A stretch of DNA of 64,000 nucleotides from a virus. The stretch spans positions 15,100 through 79,099 of the IMG/VR virus record IMGVR_UViG_3300028569_000030, one strand, 5' to 3'. Position 1 is the first letter of the stretch. The number at the start of each line of letters is the position of its first letter. The translations under genes were made by a program, and so were the position numbers. Below are positions 48,066 to 57,652 of the stretch, one piece after another. The notes beneath the pieces are model-generated. The model was not told where the DNA came from. It made no database searches and was given only the letters and a program-made list of their open reading frames with translations.

Positions 48066-49979
48066 TTATTTTAACTCACATTTATCGCCAGTGCAAGCAT
48101 AATTTCCTTGAGATTCAGTATTGTCTTCTTGTTCATAATTAATCAATTGTGAATAATCAATTTTTATTTCTAAAGATTTCAATTGATTATATTCATTTTC
48201 AGTAATTTCTTCATAGGGAGCTTGTTTGTAAATACCTCCATCATAGGGAAGAAACGATAGACCTCCAACATAATCCCAATTTTCATATACCCAATTCCCG
48301 ACTAAGAACCATTCATTATCTTTAACATATATTGTACAAGACGCATTGTGCTCACACCAATTTTTTTGGATTTTCTTATAATATTCTAATTGCTCTAAGG
48401 CTGAAACATTATGCCTGGTAACAGCACTTTCTGGAGATTTTACTGCGAAACTTAAAACCCAAGTAGTAACATCCTTTGTCTCTAAATGTTCTTGACCATT
48501 CTCCGGAAACATAGGAACTTTTTGATCTTTTAATAATTGAAATAATGAATCCGTGGCTGATATTCTATATCTTCGTATATAGAAAGGAGAGTATCTAACG
48601 TGTAATCCTGAAGCCGAATTTACCAATTGCGACACAGTTCCTGACGGTTTAACACAAGTAATTGCTGCGGGCATGTTTATTTCGAGAATAGCTGATGCTT
48701 TTTTAGCAATTTTTATAGCTCTATTTTTCAATGCTTTAAAAGTACTTTCAGTCATTAACGATGGATTATCCATTTGTCCAGTTAACGATACTCCCAACAA
48801 TCTCTCTTCTTCACAGTTTTTTTTCCAATTTTCATTTAAATATGGAAAGTATGTAAAAGTAGACTGTATAGTCCCGATCCAAGTTGCACATTCAACTTTT
48901 TCTAAAAGGTCATCAAGATCATCATTAGCTCTAATAACTACTTCGGATAAATTACAAAATTGTTCATTCCGTAATAGTATCTCCCCGCAAGGATTTGTTC
49001 CCAGTATTTTAGTAGAATCTCGGCGACTTGGAGCATTTAATTTAGCTGCTCCTAAATTAAAAATACCCCTCTCTCCTGATCCACTAGACGCTAATGATGA
49101 CCACTCTTTTAAAAAATCTACAGCATTTGGTTTAGTTTCATATACAGCACTATTATTTGCCATATATCTTCGAGGAGGAAATGGAAAATTTTTAGCATTT
49201 CGCATTTCAACATCATTTAAATCCGATAAACTAATCTCACTAGATCTTCTTACTCCGCCGACTACAACAATTTCAGCAACTTCATTACAAACATCATGAC
49301 ATTCTAATGTAGTAAGTTTTCTCCCTTGAGCTTTAGCAAAAGTATCTCTAATGAAGTTATGAAGTTTTATTAATGGTTCACTTCCACTAGCCCTACCTCC
49401 CATTGTTTTTAGTTTATCTCCCTTTTTTCGGATAACAGAGTAATCAAAATCAATGTCTTTACCTGAATATAAAGAATTTAGTAAAAGTTTAATAGAGTCT
49501 GCCCATCCGGCTTTATCATCGGATATTTTATATATACCAGCCCCTTGAGATGTAAGGGTTGGGACAACCGGAAGAGACTCTGAGTCAATATTTATTTTTT
49601 GAACACTGAATCCATAACCAGTTCCACACATTAAAATATATAAGCATTCGGCAAAAGCCCTCACGGTTTTAATTGATTGAAAAGAGCAGTTATACATACA
49701 GGTATTATCGACTTTGGCTGCGGTACCTGCCGCCCATAATGCTCTCATTGATGGCATTACTTCCATATTTACAATATATTGTTTCATTTTTTTTAATACT
49801 TTTTCGGGTATTTTATTGCCTCTTTCTTCTTTAATGAAGTTTATATATCTATCAACGGTTTCGTCCCAAGTTTCTCTTCTTTTTAATGACTCATTCCATC
49901 TGGAATATGTCCTAATAAAAACAAATTCCGAAGATAAATCGGGGAAATAGCTAATAATTTTTGTATCTTTAACACTCAT
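48066..49979 (-). CDS. nrdJ: Class II (B12-dependent) ribonucleotide reductase, monomeric RTPR type
   Basis: RTYSRW..RRETW.ETV.R, PSMRALW, GGVRRSS, TNPCGEI, VKPSGTVSQL, C-terminal CTGDKCE; no small subunit nearby. Confidence 0.92.
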   Translation of the reverse strand: MSVKDTKIISYFPDLSSEFVFIRTYSRWNESLKRRETWDETVDRYINFIKEERGNKIPEKVLKKMKQYIVNMEVMPSMRALWAAGTAAKVDNTCMYNCSFQSIKTVRAFAECLYILMCGTGYGFSVQKINIDSESLPVVPTLTSQGAGIYKISDDKAGWADSIKLLLNSLYSGKDIDFDYSVIRKKGDKLKTMGGRASGSEPLIKLHNFIRDTFAKAQGRKLTTLECHDVCNEVAEIVVVGGVRRSSEISLSDLNDVEMRNAKNFPFPPRRYMANNSAVYETKPNAVDFLKEWSSLASSGSGERGIFNLGAAKLNAPSRRDSTKILGTNPCGEILLRNEQFCNLSEVVIRANDDLDDLLEKVECATWIGTIQSTFTYFPYLNENWKKNCEEERLLGVSLTGQMDNPSLMTESTFKALKNRAIKIAKKASAILEINMPAAITCVKPSGTVSQLVNSASGLHVRYSPFYIRRYRISATDSLFQLLKDQKVPMFPENGQEHLETKDVTTWVLSFAVKSPESAVTRHNVSALEQLEYYKKIQKNWCEHNASCTIYVKDNEWFLVGNWVYENWDYVGGLSFLPYDGGIYKQAPYEEITENEYNQLKSLEIKIDYSQLINYEQEDNTESQGNYACTGDKCELK

Positions 49980-49995
49980 TATCTTCTCCTTTTAA

Positions 49996-50205
49996 TTAAT
50001 TTTCAGATTCCCATTTGTTTATAGTAATTACATGCTTTTCTTGATAATAACTTCCCTGTACTTTTTTCGTTCCACAAGTTGGTGGCAACATTCCTTTATG
50101 TTCAAGTAATGCCAACAGATTATCAGCTTCTTCAAGCTCATTATCCAAATTTTGGTAATCTGATAGATAATCAGCTATTAGTTTGACCACTTCACTTCTT
50201 CTCAT
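49996..50205 (-). CDS. Small hypothetical protein, MxRSE...GMLPP family
   Basis: MRRSEVVKLIA...LE..GMLPP...WE; ATGA overlap. Confidence 0.55.
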   Translation of the reverse strand: MRRSEVVKLIADYLSDYQNLDNELEEADNLLALLEHKGMLPPTCGTKKVQGSYYQEKHVITINKWESEN

Positions 50206-50375
50206 TCTTCCTCCCATATACTTTGTGGTATTATTCCGGCATCTTCTAATGTAATAAGAATTGTATTCGCATCTCCAAGAGCCCTTTTAGAAAAATATAA
50301 TGTATATGAATCAAGTGCTCCATCTATAATATCTAATTGATTAGCTATCAATACTAATGCTTCACTTCGTTTCAT
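50202..50375 (-). CDS. Small hypothetical protein, paralog of 49996 ORF (57 aa, not in track)
   Basis: MKRSEALVLIA...LEDAGIIPQSIWEEE; GGAGG RBS. Confidence 0.6.
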   Translation of the reverse strand: MKRSEALVLIANQLDIIDGALDSYTLYFSKRALGDANTILITLEDAGIIPQSIWEEE

Positions 50376-50427
50376 TTTCATCCTCCCATCTATAATTTGC
50401 TAATTTCAGCCTTTAAGTTTTTTCATA

Positions 50428-50664
50428 TTATTCCAAATCTGCTAAATCAATTCCATATTTATTCATGTAATCATACAAATCTGATTGTATTTTTTCAACA
50501 ATAGCTAACTGCTTTTCGTCTAGCTCTTGGTATTTAATCATATTCCTGATGGTAGTATATGCTAAATTATGTAGCACCAAATATGCGTCGGTTCCACTAA
50601 TGGCTCTCTTATGTGCTAATTTGCCTTCATGAGTATCCAGATCAAATTGAAGTATTCCTTTCAT
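50428..50664 (-). CDS. Hypothetical protein
   Basis: MKGILQFDL...IR..IKY phage-type small ORF. Confidence 0.55.
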   Translation of the reverse strand: MKGILQFDLDTHEGKLAHKRAISGTDAYLVLHNLAYTTIRNMIKYQELDEKQLAIVEKIQSDLYDYMNKYGIDLADLE

Positions 50665-50665
50665 A

Positions 50666-50974
50666 TTACATCTCACTTAGTTTGTATAATTGTTTTTGTA
50701 AATCAAAAAGGGCTTTTGAGTACATTTCTGCTTTTTCTTTTAAGTTTTCAATATAGACATCTATATACTTTTTAGGATCGATTAATGAAAATCTAACCAT
50801 TTCTGTTTTATGTTTATTAAAGGTTTTTGTAATTATAGCTTCTGGGTATAGTTTTTTACACATAGTCAATTGTTCTTGAGATAGACGACAATCCCATGTA
50901 GTATAAGAAATCTCATCAAAAAGTATATTTAAAAAGTATTTTTCTTTTTTTGTTAATTTTTTCACGACCACCAT
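50666..50974 (-). CDS. Hypothetical protein
   Basis: Packed ORF. Confidence 0.5.
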   Translation of the reverse strand: MVVVKKLTKKEKYFLNILFDEISYTTWDCRLSQEQLTMCKKLYPEAIITKTFNKHKTEMVRFSLIDPKKYIDVYIENLKEKAEMYSKALFDLQKQLYKLSEM

Positions 50975-51465
50975 CCTTGTATGTATTCACCCATTAGTTT
51001 ATATAGCAGTTTTCTATCTCTATCTTTAAGTCTATTTTCACTGTTAGCAGCATTTAAAAATATATCCCTATAAACTGCAGGATCTGCTAACTCGTTTGTT
51101 TCTACACATCTAGTTACAATCGTCGAATCCTTAAAATCCAACGTATAGAGACTCCAGTAATGTTCTAGGCCGCTTATTTTATCGTAATACGATTCGGTAA
51201 GAATACGATTAAAAAGAGCTATACATAATCGCAAAGCTTTATGAGCCTTTAAATTTAAAAGTAAATTCGGTCTTTCTGATTCGTTACAAGTGAAAAGTTC
51301 TCTTCTATAATCCGATTCATTCATGTTGTATGGATCATTATCTAATGCATGTTTCATTCTTTTAAGTTTGATTAATATCATTTGCTCAAGATACCCAGAA
51401 TCCCAATCGTGATTATCCTTAAGCGTCCAGCCCCAAAAGAAAAACCTTTTTATTCTCTCAAACAT
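50962..51465 (-). CDS. Hypothetical phage protein
   Basis: D.DWD.GYL..MI..KLKRM N-terminus, terminal WW. Confidence 0.6.
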   Translation of the reverse strand: MFERIKRFFFWGWTLKDNHDWDSGYLEQMILIKLKRMKHALDNDPYNMNESDYRRELFTCNESERPNLLLNLKAHKALRLCIALFNRILTESYYDKISGLEHYWSLYTLDFKDSTIVTRCVETNELADPAVYRDIFLNAANSENRLKDRDRKLLYKLMGEYIQGWWS

Positions 51466-51637
51466 CTAAATCCTTTGGTACAAGTAATTCTTGATTTTCA
51501 TCATATACCTTAACTTCAATATTACCATCTTTTTCGTCAATTGTATAGAATGCAATTTTACTTACATCATACCAAGACCTTAGTTCATTAATGTCAAAAT
51601 AAGCACCTTCATCGTCGTATTTTAATGTTAGTTTCAT
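51458..51637 (-). CDS. Hypothetical protein
   Basis: GGAG RBS, ATGA overlap. Confidence 0.5.
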   Translation of the reverse strand: MKLTLKYDDEGAYFDINELRSWYDVSKIAFYTIDEKDGNIEVKVYDENQELLVPKDLDV

Positions 51638-51906
51638 TCTTCTATCTCCTCTTTCCACATACGACACCATTGCAATGCAAATTCGATGTCTCGTTTAGGA
51701 TATCCGTTATCTAATATCCATTGTTTAAAATCTACTACACCATCTGGTAGTATTTTTGGAAAACCGTACTTATGTCCACTTGGTGGATCTACATAAGTTA
51801 TTGTTTTCTTTTTGCTAGGATTAAGTTTAACATGAGGAAGCTTATCCTTGTTTTTCTTAGCTTTTTCAATTCGTTTAATTAATTCTTTATTACTATATTC
51901 TTTCAT
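51634..51906 (-). CDS. Hypothetical phage protein
   Basis: VDPPSG.KYGFPK...W....GYP motif. Confidence 0.6.
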   Translation of the reverse strand: MKEYSNKELIKRIEKAKKNKDKLPHVKLNPSKKKTITYVDPPSGHKYGFPKILPDGVVDFKQWILDNGYPKRDIEFALQWCRMWKEEIEE

Positions 51907-52163
51907 TTTCTAAACCTATGGTTATGCTCTCGTCTACAATAATCAGAACAGTACACTACCGCCCTACCTCTATTTGTTTCATACACATAATACGGATGGT
52001 TTAAATAATGAAATATTGTATAGAATTGTTTTTCATCAGTTTGTAAATGACTACATACCGGCATATCAATTATCTTTGAGCATTTAGCACATAAACATTT
52101 TCCCATCTTTGGATTAGGAAATTGATTAGATACTTTACCTTCAAGTTTTTTTGACATAGTCAC
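51903..52163 (-). CDS. Small Zn-finger protein
   Basis: CAKC...YCSDYC. Confidence 0.5.
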   Translation of the reverse strand: MTMSKKLEGKVSNQFPNPKMGKCLCAKCSKIIDMPVCSHLQTDEKQFYTIFHYLNHPYYVYETNRGRAVVYCSDYCRREHNHRFRK

Positions 52164-52175
52164 TCTTTTATAAGA

Positions 52176-52457
52176 CTAATTTTTTATATAATATTTTCTA
52201 CATTTTTTATTAAGATCGTTTTTATTGTCAAGATAATATTGTTTTATTCTATCTTTGTTGTTAATACGATACAATCTTCTTGATTCTTTTATTTTGTCTT
52301 TATTTTCTATTAGATATTGTTTTCTTTTTTCTTTAATAGTTTCTTTGTTATCAACGTAATATTGTTTAGCAGATTCTTTTATTTTCTCTCTATTATTAAT
52401 GCGATACAATTTTCTTGTATTTTTTAATTTCTGTTTTTTACATATCTTAAGATTCAT
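52176..52457 (-). pseudogene. Probable homing endonuclease remnant (basic repeats only)
   Basis: ~15-aa repeats Y...N(K/R)(E/D).IKE..(K/R); no nuclease domain follows; right after thyX. Confidence 0.45.
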
Positions 52458-53179
52458 TATTCTTTTCCTTCTTCCCAAACCGCGTTGAATGTATGAGGAA
52501 AATGAATTTTAATTTGATTTTTTATAGCTAGGGCCAGGTCAACGTGTTCTTTCTGAGTCCCATTTTTTTCTCGAACTAGTATATAATGAATAAAGTTTCG
52601 CAAGTTTCCGGTAACGTACATTTTAGTCTTTAGTGAAGTCGGTAATAAGTATCTTGCAGTTTCTTTGGCTATTCCTTTCGCAATAGCCTCCTTATATGCC
52701 GTTATTGCCTTAGCCTCTATCATTTGTTTTTGTACTTGAAACCACGCTTTATCCATAGGACTTAAACTATCGGTACTTGATTGTCTGTTTTTTGAATCTT
52801 GCTCTCTTGCTTCTATATAGACAAATTCGACATTGTCCGAACTATATCGTCTAGATAATTGTTGAAAAAACAGGGATCTGTGACGAAGTAACTGCATGGA
52901 AGTTGCTAAATCTGTTTCCACTTCCATAGTAAGACTTATTTGCTCAAATACTGAAAAATGAGAATTTTTCCAACAATAGCGTAAAAGTTTAGAATAATCT
53001 GGATTGGTTTGATTCGGACTACTAACTCTTGCGATAAAGATAAGCAACTGCTCTGGGTCTTTCTGTATGTTGCGATAAAACTCTAAAGTCTGAATATCTT
53101 GAGGTTCTTCATAGTCTAAAATAAAGTCTACATAATCTGGATCGACTTGAGTTTTAGATACAAGCATTGCTTTAGTCAT
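52457..53179 (-). CDS. thyX: Flavin-dependent thymidylate synthase
   Basis: ARVS, HFSVFE, QLLRHR..FQQLSRRY, ETARYLLP, GNLRNF.H....R....TQ.EH. Confidence 0.93.
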   Translation of the reverse strand: MTKAMLVSKTQVDPDYVDFILDYEEPQDIQTLEFYRNIQKDPEQLLIFIARVSSPNQTNPDYSKLLRYCWKNSHFSVFEQISLTMEVETDLATSMQLLRHRSLFFQQLSRRYSSDNVEFVYIEAREQDSKNRQSSTDSLSPMDKAWFQVQKQMIEAKAITAYKEAIAKGIAKETARYLLPTSLKTKMYVTGNLRNFIHYILVREKNGTQKEHVDLALAIKNQIKIHFPHTFNAVWEEGKE

Positions 53180-53200
53180 ATATTATCCTATTGTTAATAA

Positions 53201-53235
53201 AACATGTCGCAATTTTTATAAAACTACGACACGTT
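53201..53235 (-). terminator. 16-bp RNA hairpin (terminator or processing site) upstream of thyX
   Basis: On - strand AACGTGTCGTAGTTTT-ATA-AAAATTGCGACATGTT pairs fully using three G-U wobbles. Confidence 0.5.
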
Positions 53236-53253
53236 CATTTATCATTAAATACT

Positions 53254-53736
53254 CTAAAAATCTAAACCAATACTAACTAATCCTGATTTGTTTGTTTGTC
53301 CCTGCACTCCCACAGACCATTTCTTATTCAACATTCTTTGATACTGCAATCCTCCAACAGTTCCAACTCTAGATTCAATCTCTGCTTTATTAGGATTAAT
53401 AGTACGATCAAGTCCTTCCTTTGGACCTCTACCACCAAGAATTGAAATACGATTCTTGTTAAGTTCTGCCGAGCACATAGTTACCGAACTCTTTGACACT
53501 TTAGTAACTAGGTATTGTTGCTTACGAGGAACTACTTTAAAAGCTTCTGCAGGAACTTCTGATTCTCTACCATCAGCAAGTCTTACAATAATCTTCGCAC
53601 CTTTAAGATGAGAAGGTACGTCAGTATTAATTATTTTCTGCTCTTCAACTTTATTCTCAGAATCTTGAGTAGAACAATTTTCTTCAGAAAATACTGACAT
53701 GCTTAGTAACATTGTTATTAAACTTATGTATTTCAT
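53254..53736 (-). CDS. Exported protein with C-terminal amphipathic beta strands and terminal Phe
   Basis: Signal peptide; ends GGLQYQR...WSVGVQGQ...GLVSIGLDF. Confidence 0.6.
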   Translation of the reverse strand: MKYISLITMLLSMSVFSEENCSTQDSENKVEEQKIINTDVPSHLKGAKIIVRLADGRESEVPAEAFKVVPRKQQYLVTKVSKSSVTMCSAELNKNRISILGGRGPKEGLDRTINPNKAEIESRVGTVGGLQYQRMLNKKWSVGVQGQTNKSGLVSIGLDF

Positions 53737-53744
53737 ATATCCTC

Positions 53745-54941
53745 CTAATGTGTAAATGCTGAAGCTGGTATTACGGCTTCTGCCGTGTTTGGTCCAGATA
53801 GTTTAAGTTCAAGGGCAATTTGTGTTACAGGACCTTGATAGTATACTACATTTATTTTATTTTGACCACGGTTTAAGTTACCCGTTTTAGATACCGTAGC
53901 TGGAGCGTGTAGTCCTTGATTTTCAATTACTAGATAATCATCTTCAATTGAAAGTCTAGAACCATCATCACTAAGAAGTTTAAGAGTATGTTGTCCTGAT
54001 GTTTTGATATTCAAGTATCCATTACAATCAAGAGCATATCCTTCAATTCCTACTAGATCTTGAAGATCCTTTGGCATACCAGGAAATCCATTAACAGCTT
54101 GACTATCAGGAACGCTTAGATTATTAAGTACAAAAGTTCCGACAATCGGATTATTAGCAAGAGCTTCTGGAAGTGAAGTTTTTTTGTCCCAAGATTTAAG
54201 ATCGTGTAAATTGCATAAAAGTCCTGGCTGAATTGCAGATTCACCATCTTTACCATCTAAACCATCTCTACCCTGCTCTCCTTGAGGTCCAACAGATCCT
54301 TGAGGTCCAATTGCTCCGTTAGCAATAAATACTGGAGAACTGTTTCCGCAAGTTATATTAGCTCCACCTTCGGTAGCAATTGCTGAACATGATGTTCCTT
54401 TCTTTCCATCTTTTCCATCTTGACCATCATAGATATATGAGAAATTTTTACCACATTGAATTTTAACTTTATTTTTTTCACGGATACTTTTGCAAGATTT
54501 TCCATCTTTCCCATTTTCGCCATCTTTTCCGTTACTGATTAGTATAGGAGATTGATCTGGACACGCCAACCATACTCCAGTAAATGGAACAGATTCGTAT
54601 GCTTGACAACTAACTCCAGCAATACCTTGAGGACCTTGAATGCCGGCAATACCTTCAATACCTTGTTCTCCTTTATCACCTTGAGCTCCTTCAATTCCTT
54701 GCTGACCTTGCTCTCCGTTATAAACAATTGAAAAACTTCCATCTGTACATGAAATTCTAGCACCAACGATATTTTCTTCTTCGTCAAATTCTGAAGCTAC
54801 CGAACAAGATGTTCCGTCCTTGCCGTCTTTACCATCTTTTCCTGCATCTCCATTAGTTCCTTTGTAAACATCTACAGTATGTTTTTTAGCACACCCATTT
54901 GCAAATAATGCAATTAGTAATAATAGCCCTAATTTTTTCAT
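53745..54941 (-). CDS. Lipoprotein with interrupted collagen-like repeats and C-terminal PA14 domain
   Basis: MKKLGLLLLIALFANG|C lipobox; Gly-X-Y tracts; GYLNI...G..T..L.SDDGSRL.I....VIEN.GLH...I.V.YYQG. Confidence 0.8.
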   Translation of the reverse strand: MKKLGLLLLIALFANGCAKKHTVDVYKGTNGDAGKDGKDGKDGTSCSVASEFDEEENIVGARISCTDGSFSIVYNGEQGQQGIEGAQGDKGEQGIEGIAGIQGPQGIAGVSCQAYESVPFTGVWLACPDQSPILISNGKDGENGKDGKSCKSIREKNKVKIQCGKNFSYIYDGQDGKDGKKGTSCSAIATEGGANITCGNSSPVFIANGAIGPQGSVGPQGEQGRDGLDGKDGESAIQPGLLCNLHDLKSWDKKTSLPEALANNPIVGTFVLNNLSVPDSQAVNGFPGMPKDLQDLVGIEGYALDCNGYLNIKTSGQHTLKLLSDDGSRLSIEDDYLVIENQGLHAPATVSKTGNLNRGQNKINVVYYQGPVTQIALELKLSGPNTAEAVIPASAFTH

Positions 54942-54957
54942 TAATCCTCCTAAAATG

Positions 54958-55203
54958 TTAAACATATAGATCTTCTAATTCTGATGTAATATCAGAAATA
55001 AAATCTTCGTAAAGTTGGGTTTGTTCAATTTCGTAAATATTAGCATCCATTCCCTTTTGGAATAGATATTCATGGACATCATCTCTAGCTACAGAACTTT
55101 TGTTATTAATTAAATCTGATATAAAACTATCTACGGATATGAAATCGACTAGGACATTATTAACTCTACAAAGATTAGCAAAGTGCGATACTAAGTTTGT
55201 CAT
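54958..55203 (-). CDS. Hypothetical acidic protein
   Basis: AGGAG RBS. Confidence 0.55.
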   Translation of the reverse strand: MTNLVSHFANLCRVNNVLVDFISVDSFISDLINNKSSVARDDVHEYLFQKGMDANIYEIEQTQLYEDFISDITSELEDLYV

Positions 55204-55225
55204 ATATTTTCTCCTAATATACTAA

Positions 55226-55534
55226 TTACTCTCCAACTATTTCGTCATAATATTCATCTGATATTAAACAACACATATCATGTTTATGTCCATTTTTCTC
55301 TAACAATTCTAAAACTACATCGTTTCCTTGTTCATCTCTAAATTTACGAACTCTAATATTCATGTCATATATATCTTCAAATCCTTCAATCTCATGTTCA
55401 TGAATATCATTTATAATTAAATCGCTAATTACTTTAACATAGTAAATATCTTTTACCATTAAAGATACAATTTCTTCATCGCTAAACATCAATCTAAAAT
55501 CTTGATAGTCGTAAGAATCTAATAAATGTCTCAT
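55226..55534 (-). CDS. Hypothetical acidic protein
   Basis: AGGAG RBS. Confidence 0.55.
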   Translation of the reverse strand: MRHLLDSYDYQDFRLMFSDEEIVSLMVKDIYYVKVISDLIINDIHEHEIEGFEDIYDMNIRVRKFRDEQGNDVVLELLEKNGHKHDMCCLISDEYYDEIVGE

Positions 55535-55556
55535 ATGTTTTTCTCCTTATTAGATA

Positions 55557-56468
55557 TTAAGGCCTCTTTGATCCTATATCAAGATATTTCTTTATATAAA
55601 ATATCATTGGGTGTCTTTCCTTGTACTTACCTAATCTATCGAAGTATGCAATTGCTAATACTTCTGGGTATCTCTGCCCATATTTTTTGGCAAGTCTAGA
55701 GTTAAATATGTTAATAGCGAGTTTAAGTATGTATCCTTTATATCCAGCTAATCCTGTTCGTTTTAGAGCAATATTTCTAAACCAAGCCATAAGAATAGTA
55801 CCGCCCCTAGATCCGTCGGTAATAGTCGATCTAGTTGATAATACCATGGCAATAGCAAGCCATAATACGCTAAATAATGAGGCTGATTGATTTGCCACTA
55901 TCTTATAGAATGCAACATCTCTTGGCTGTCTAAAGCTTGATATTGCTGTTATATCGCCATCATGTCTAAAGTCTACAGAAGCGGTGTCTTGAGGGTTTTC
56001 TTGATAGTCTTTTAAATAAGCTTTTAATTTAATGATCGTACTTATTGGCGACTTTAAGAAAGCTTTAAAAAAGCTGCTTCCTGGATTAAGATCGTTATAC
56101 TGCCATCCATTTTCTTTTCCGTACTGTATCATGTTATTGAGGTGTCCAATAAGTTCTGGAGCAGCAGCTACCATCATTGTTATACCGTTTTGTTCATCAT
56201 GTGATATACCATGCCAAGGTATGTCAAAGCGATCTTGATATACAGGAGGATGTCTCCTATATAATCCTGGAAATACTCTGCATTGGGTGAGTATTGATGC
56301 CATGAATTCTTTTTGTGAATATGTCAGTTCATTCAATTCTGCAAGCAAAAGAGCCGCTTCTCCTGTAAAAAGAAGTCCGTTGTCTGTAATGCCTTTTTCT
56401 ATGTGACTTGGCTTATCGGACACTCGGTCAATAGGGTCTAGAAACGGTGCGAAGTTTTTAAAGCTCAT
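55557..56468 (-). CDS. Hypothetical protein (helical, possibly enzymatic)
   Basis: 303 aa; DNGLLFTGE, PGLYRRHP, SHDE motifs. Confidence 0.6.
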   Translation of the reverse strand: MSFKNFAPFLDPIDRVSDKPSHIEKGITDNGLLFTGEAALLLAELNELTYSQKEFMASILTQCRVFPGLYRRHPPVYQDRFDIPWHGISHDEQNGITMMVAAAPELIGHLNNMIQYGKENGWQYNDLNPGSSFFKAFLKSPISTIIKLKAYLKDYQENPQDTASVDFRHDGDITAISSFRQPRDVAFYKIVANQSASLFSVLWLAIAMVLSTRSTITDGSRGGTILMAWFRNIALKRTGLAGYKGYILKLAINIFNSRLAKKYGQRYPEVLAIAYFDRLGKYKERHPMIFYIKKYLDIGSKRP

Positions 56469-56688
56469 AATTACCTCTTAATGTTAAAACTATTCCACTA
56501 CTTTCCATAGTGTCAATGAGATAGTTTAAAGCTCGATCTCTTTCTTCAAATCTTTTGATATCTTCATCGGTGATTGTAAATTCTCCATTAGAACCGTCAT
56601 AACTAAATCCTATTTTGGCTGGAGGAATAACCAATCCATCAGAAAGAAATATCTCTAGAATTTCTAATATTCTATATCTATTATTCAT
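56458..56688 (-). CDS. Hypothetical protein
   Basis: GGAG RBS. Confidence 0.5.
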   Translation of the reverse strand: MNNRYRILEILEIFLSDGLVIPPAKIGFSYDGSNGEFTITDEDIKRFEERDRALNYLIDTMESSGIVLTLRGNYEL

Positions 56689-56893
56689 AAATACTCCAAA
56701 AAATTAATATATGCGACTTTTTCTCTTTCCTTTATGTTTACGTTTTCTCCTACTTTCTTCTTTTACAGAAAATAAACTCTCAGCAAGCTCTGTAAGCTTT
56801 TTATCAGCATAAGGTTCGTTCTTTTAATATTTTATTTTCAAATTTCTTTTATTCTTATTTGCCATGTGAGTCCTATTTATGACTTTGTCTATT

Positions 56894-57145
56894 TTATAGC
56901 TCGCTAAGTATGGCAATTTCAGAATTAGTTTGCAAATAATTATACCTAGCCTCAGCATGTCTATATAATATTCTCATCTCTTCATCGCATAACGGGACTT
57001 TTACGTTTTTGAATCTAATATCATCTAACATAACTTTTAAATCTCCAATTAAATAGCCTGGACATACGCCATTAATATGCGAATCAAAAATAATAAGATT
57101 AGCATTAGTAATTCTAATTGAACATCTTTCAAAAAAATCTATCAT
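56894..57145 (-). CDS. Hypothetical protein
   Basis: AGGAG RBS. Confidence 0.5.
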   Translation of the reverse strand: MIDFFERCSIRITNANLIIFDSHINGVCPGYLIGDLKVMLDDIRFKNVKVPLCDEEMRILYRHAEARYNYLQTNSEIAILSEL

Positions 57146-57157
57146 GGTATTTCTCCT

Positions 57158-57346
57158 TTATTTTAAAATAATTTTACCAAATTTAGTTCTAACTGCCGGA
57201 AATAATACTTCTCGCAAAAGATAAAGTAAATCCTCTTTTGATAGTTTGGTCCAGTTTTTTACCTTTATTTCTTTATAAGAAAGACCTCTATAATAATCTG
57301 GATCAGAGTTCTTATTTAAATCTATAATTAATGTCTTATTTTTCAT
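57158..57346 (-). CDS. Hypothetical protein
   Basis: AGGAG RBS. Confidence 0.5.
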   Translation of the reverse strand: MKNKTLIIDLNKNSDPDYYRGLSYKEIKVKNWTKLSKEDLLYLLREVLFPAVRTKFGKIILK

Positions 57347-57362
57347 AATCTACTCCTTTATT

Positions 57363-57650
57363 TTATAATTTTTCCAAAAATTGTTCACGAACTTTCATAT
57401 CTTTTAATATATAAGTAAGAAGCAGTAGTTCTCCTTTTGGCTTTCTAGTTTTCTTTAAGTATATATTCTTTAATACTCTAAAGGATTGGTATTCTAAATT
57501 TTTTAGTCTATATTTTTCCATACGAGCTGCATATTTTTTCTTATGTTTAGTTTGAAATATCTTTGCGCTAACTCTTCTATATTCTTTACTATTAGTTCCG
57601 TATTTTTCTTTAATAGCATTTCTTTTTATCTCTAATTCTTTAACAGTCAT
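57363..57650 (-). CDS. Hypothetical basic protein
   Basis: Packed ORF. Confidence 0.5.
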   Translation of the reverse strand: MTVKELEIKRNAIKEKYGTNSKEYRRVSAKIFQTKHKKKYAARMEKYRLKNLEYQSFRVLKNIYLKKTRKPKGELLLLTYILKDMKVREQFLEKL

Positions 57651-57652
57651 AT

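Noticed and set aside
3119-56238. Many antisense ORFs in the track (e.g. 3119-, 4111-, 11054-, 24271-, 48673+, 55621+)
   Set aside because: Fully overlap well-supported genes on the opposite strand; codon-bias shadows
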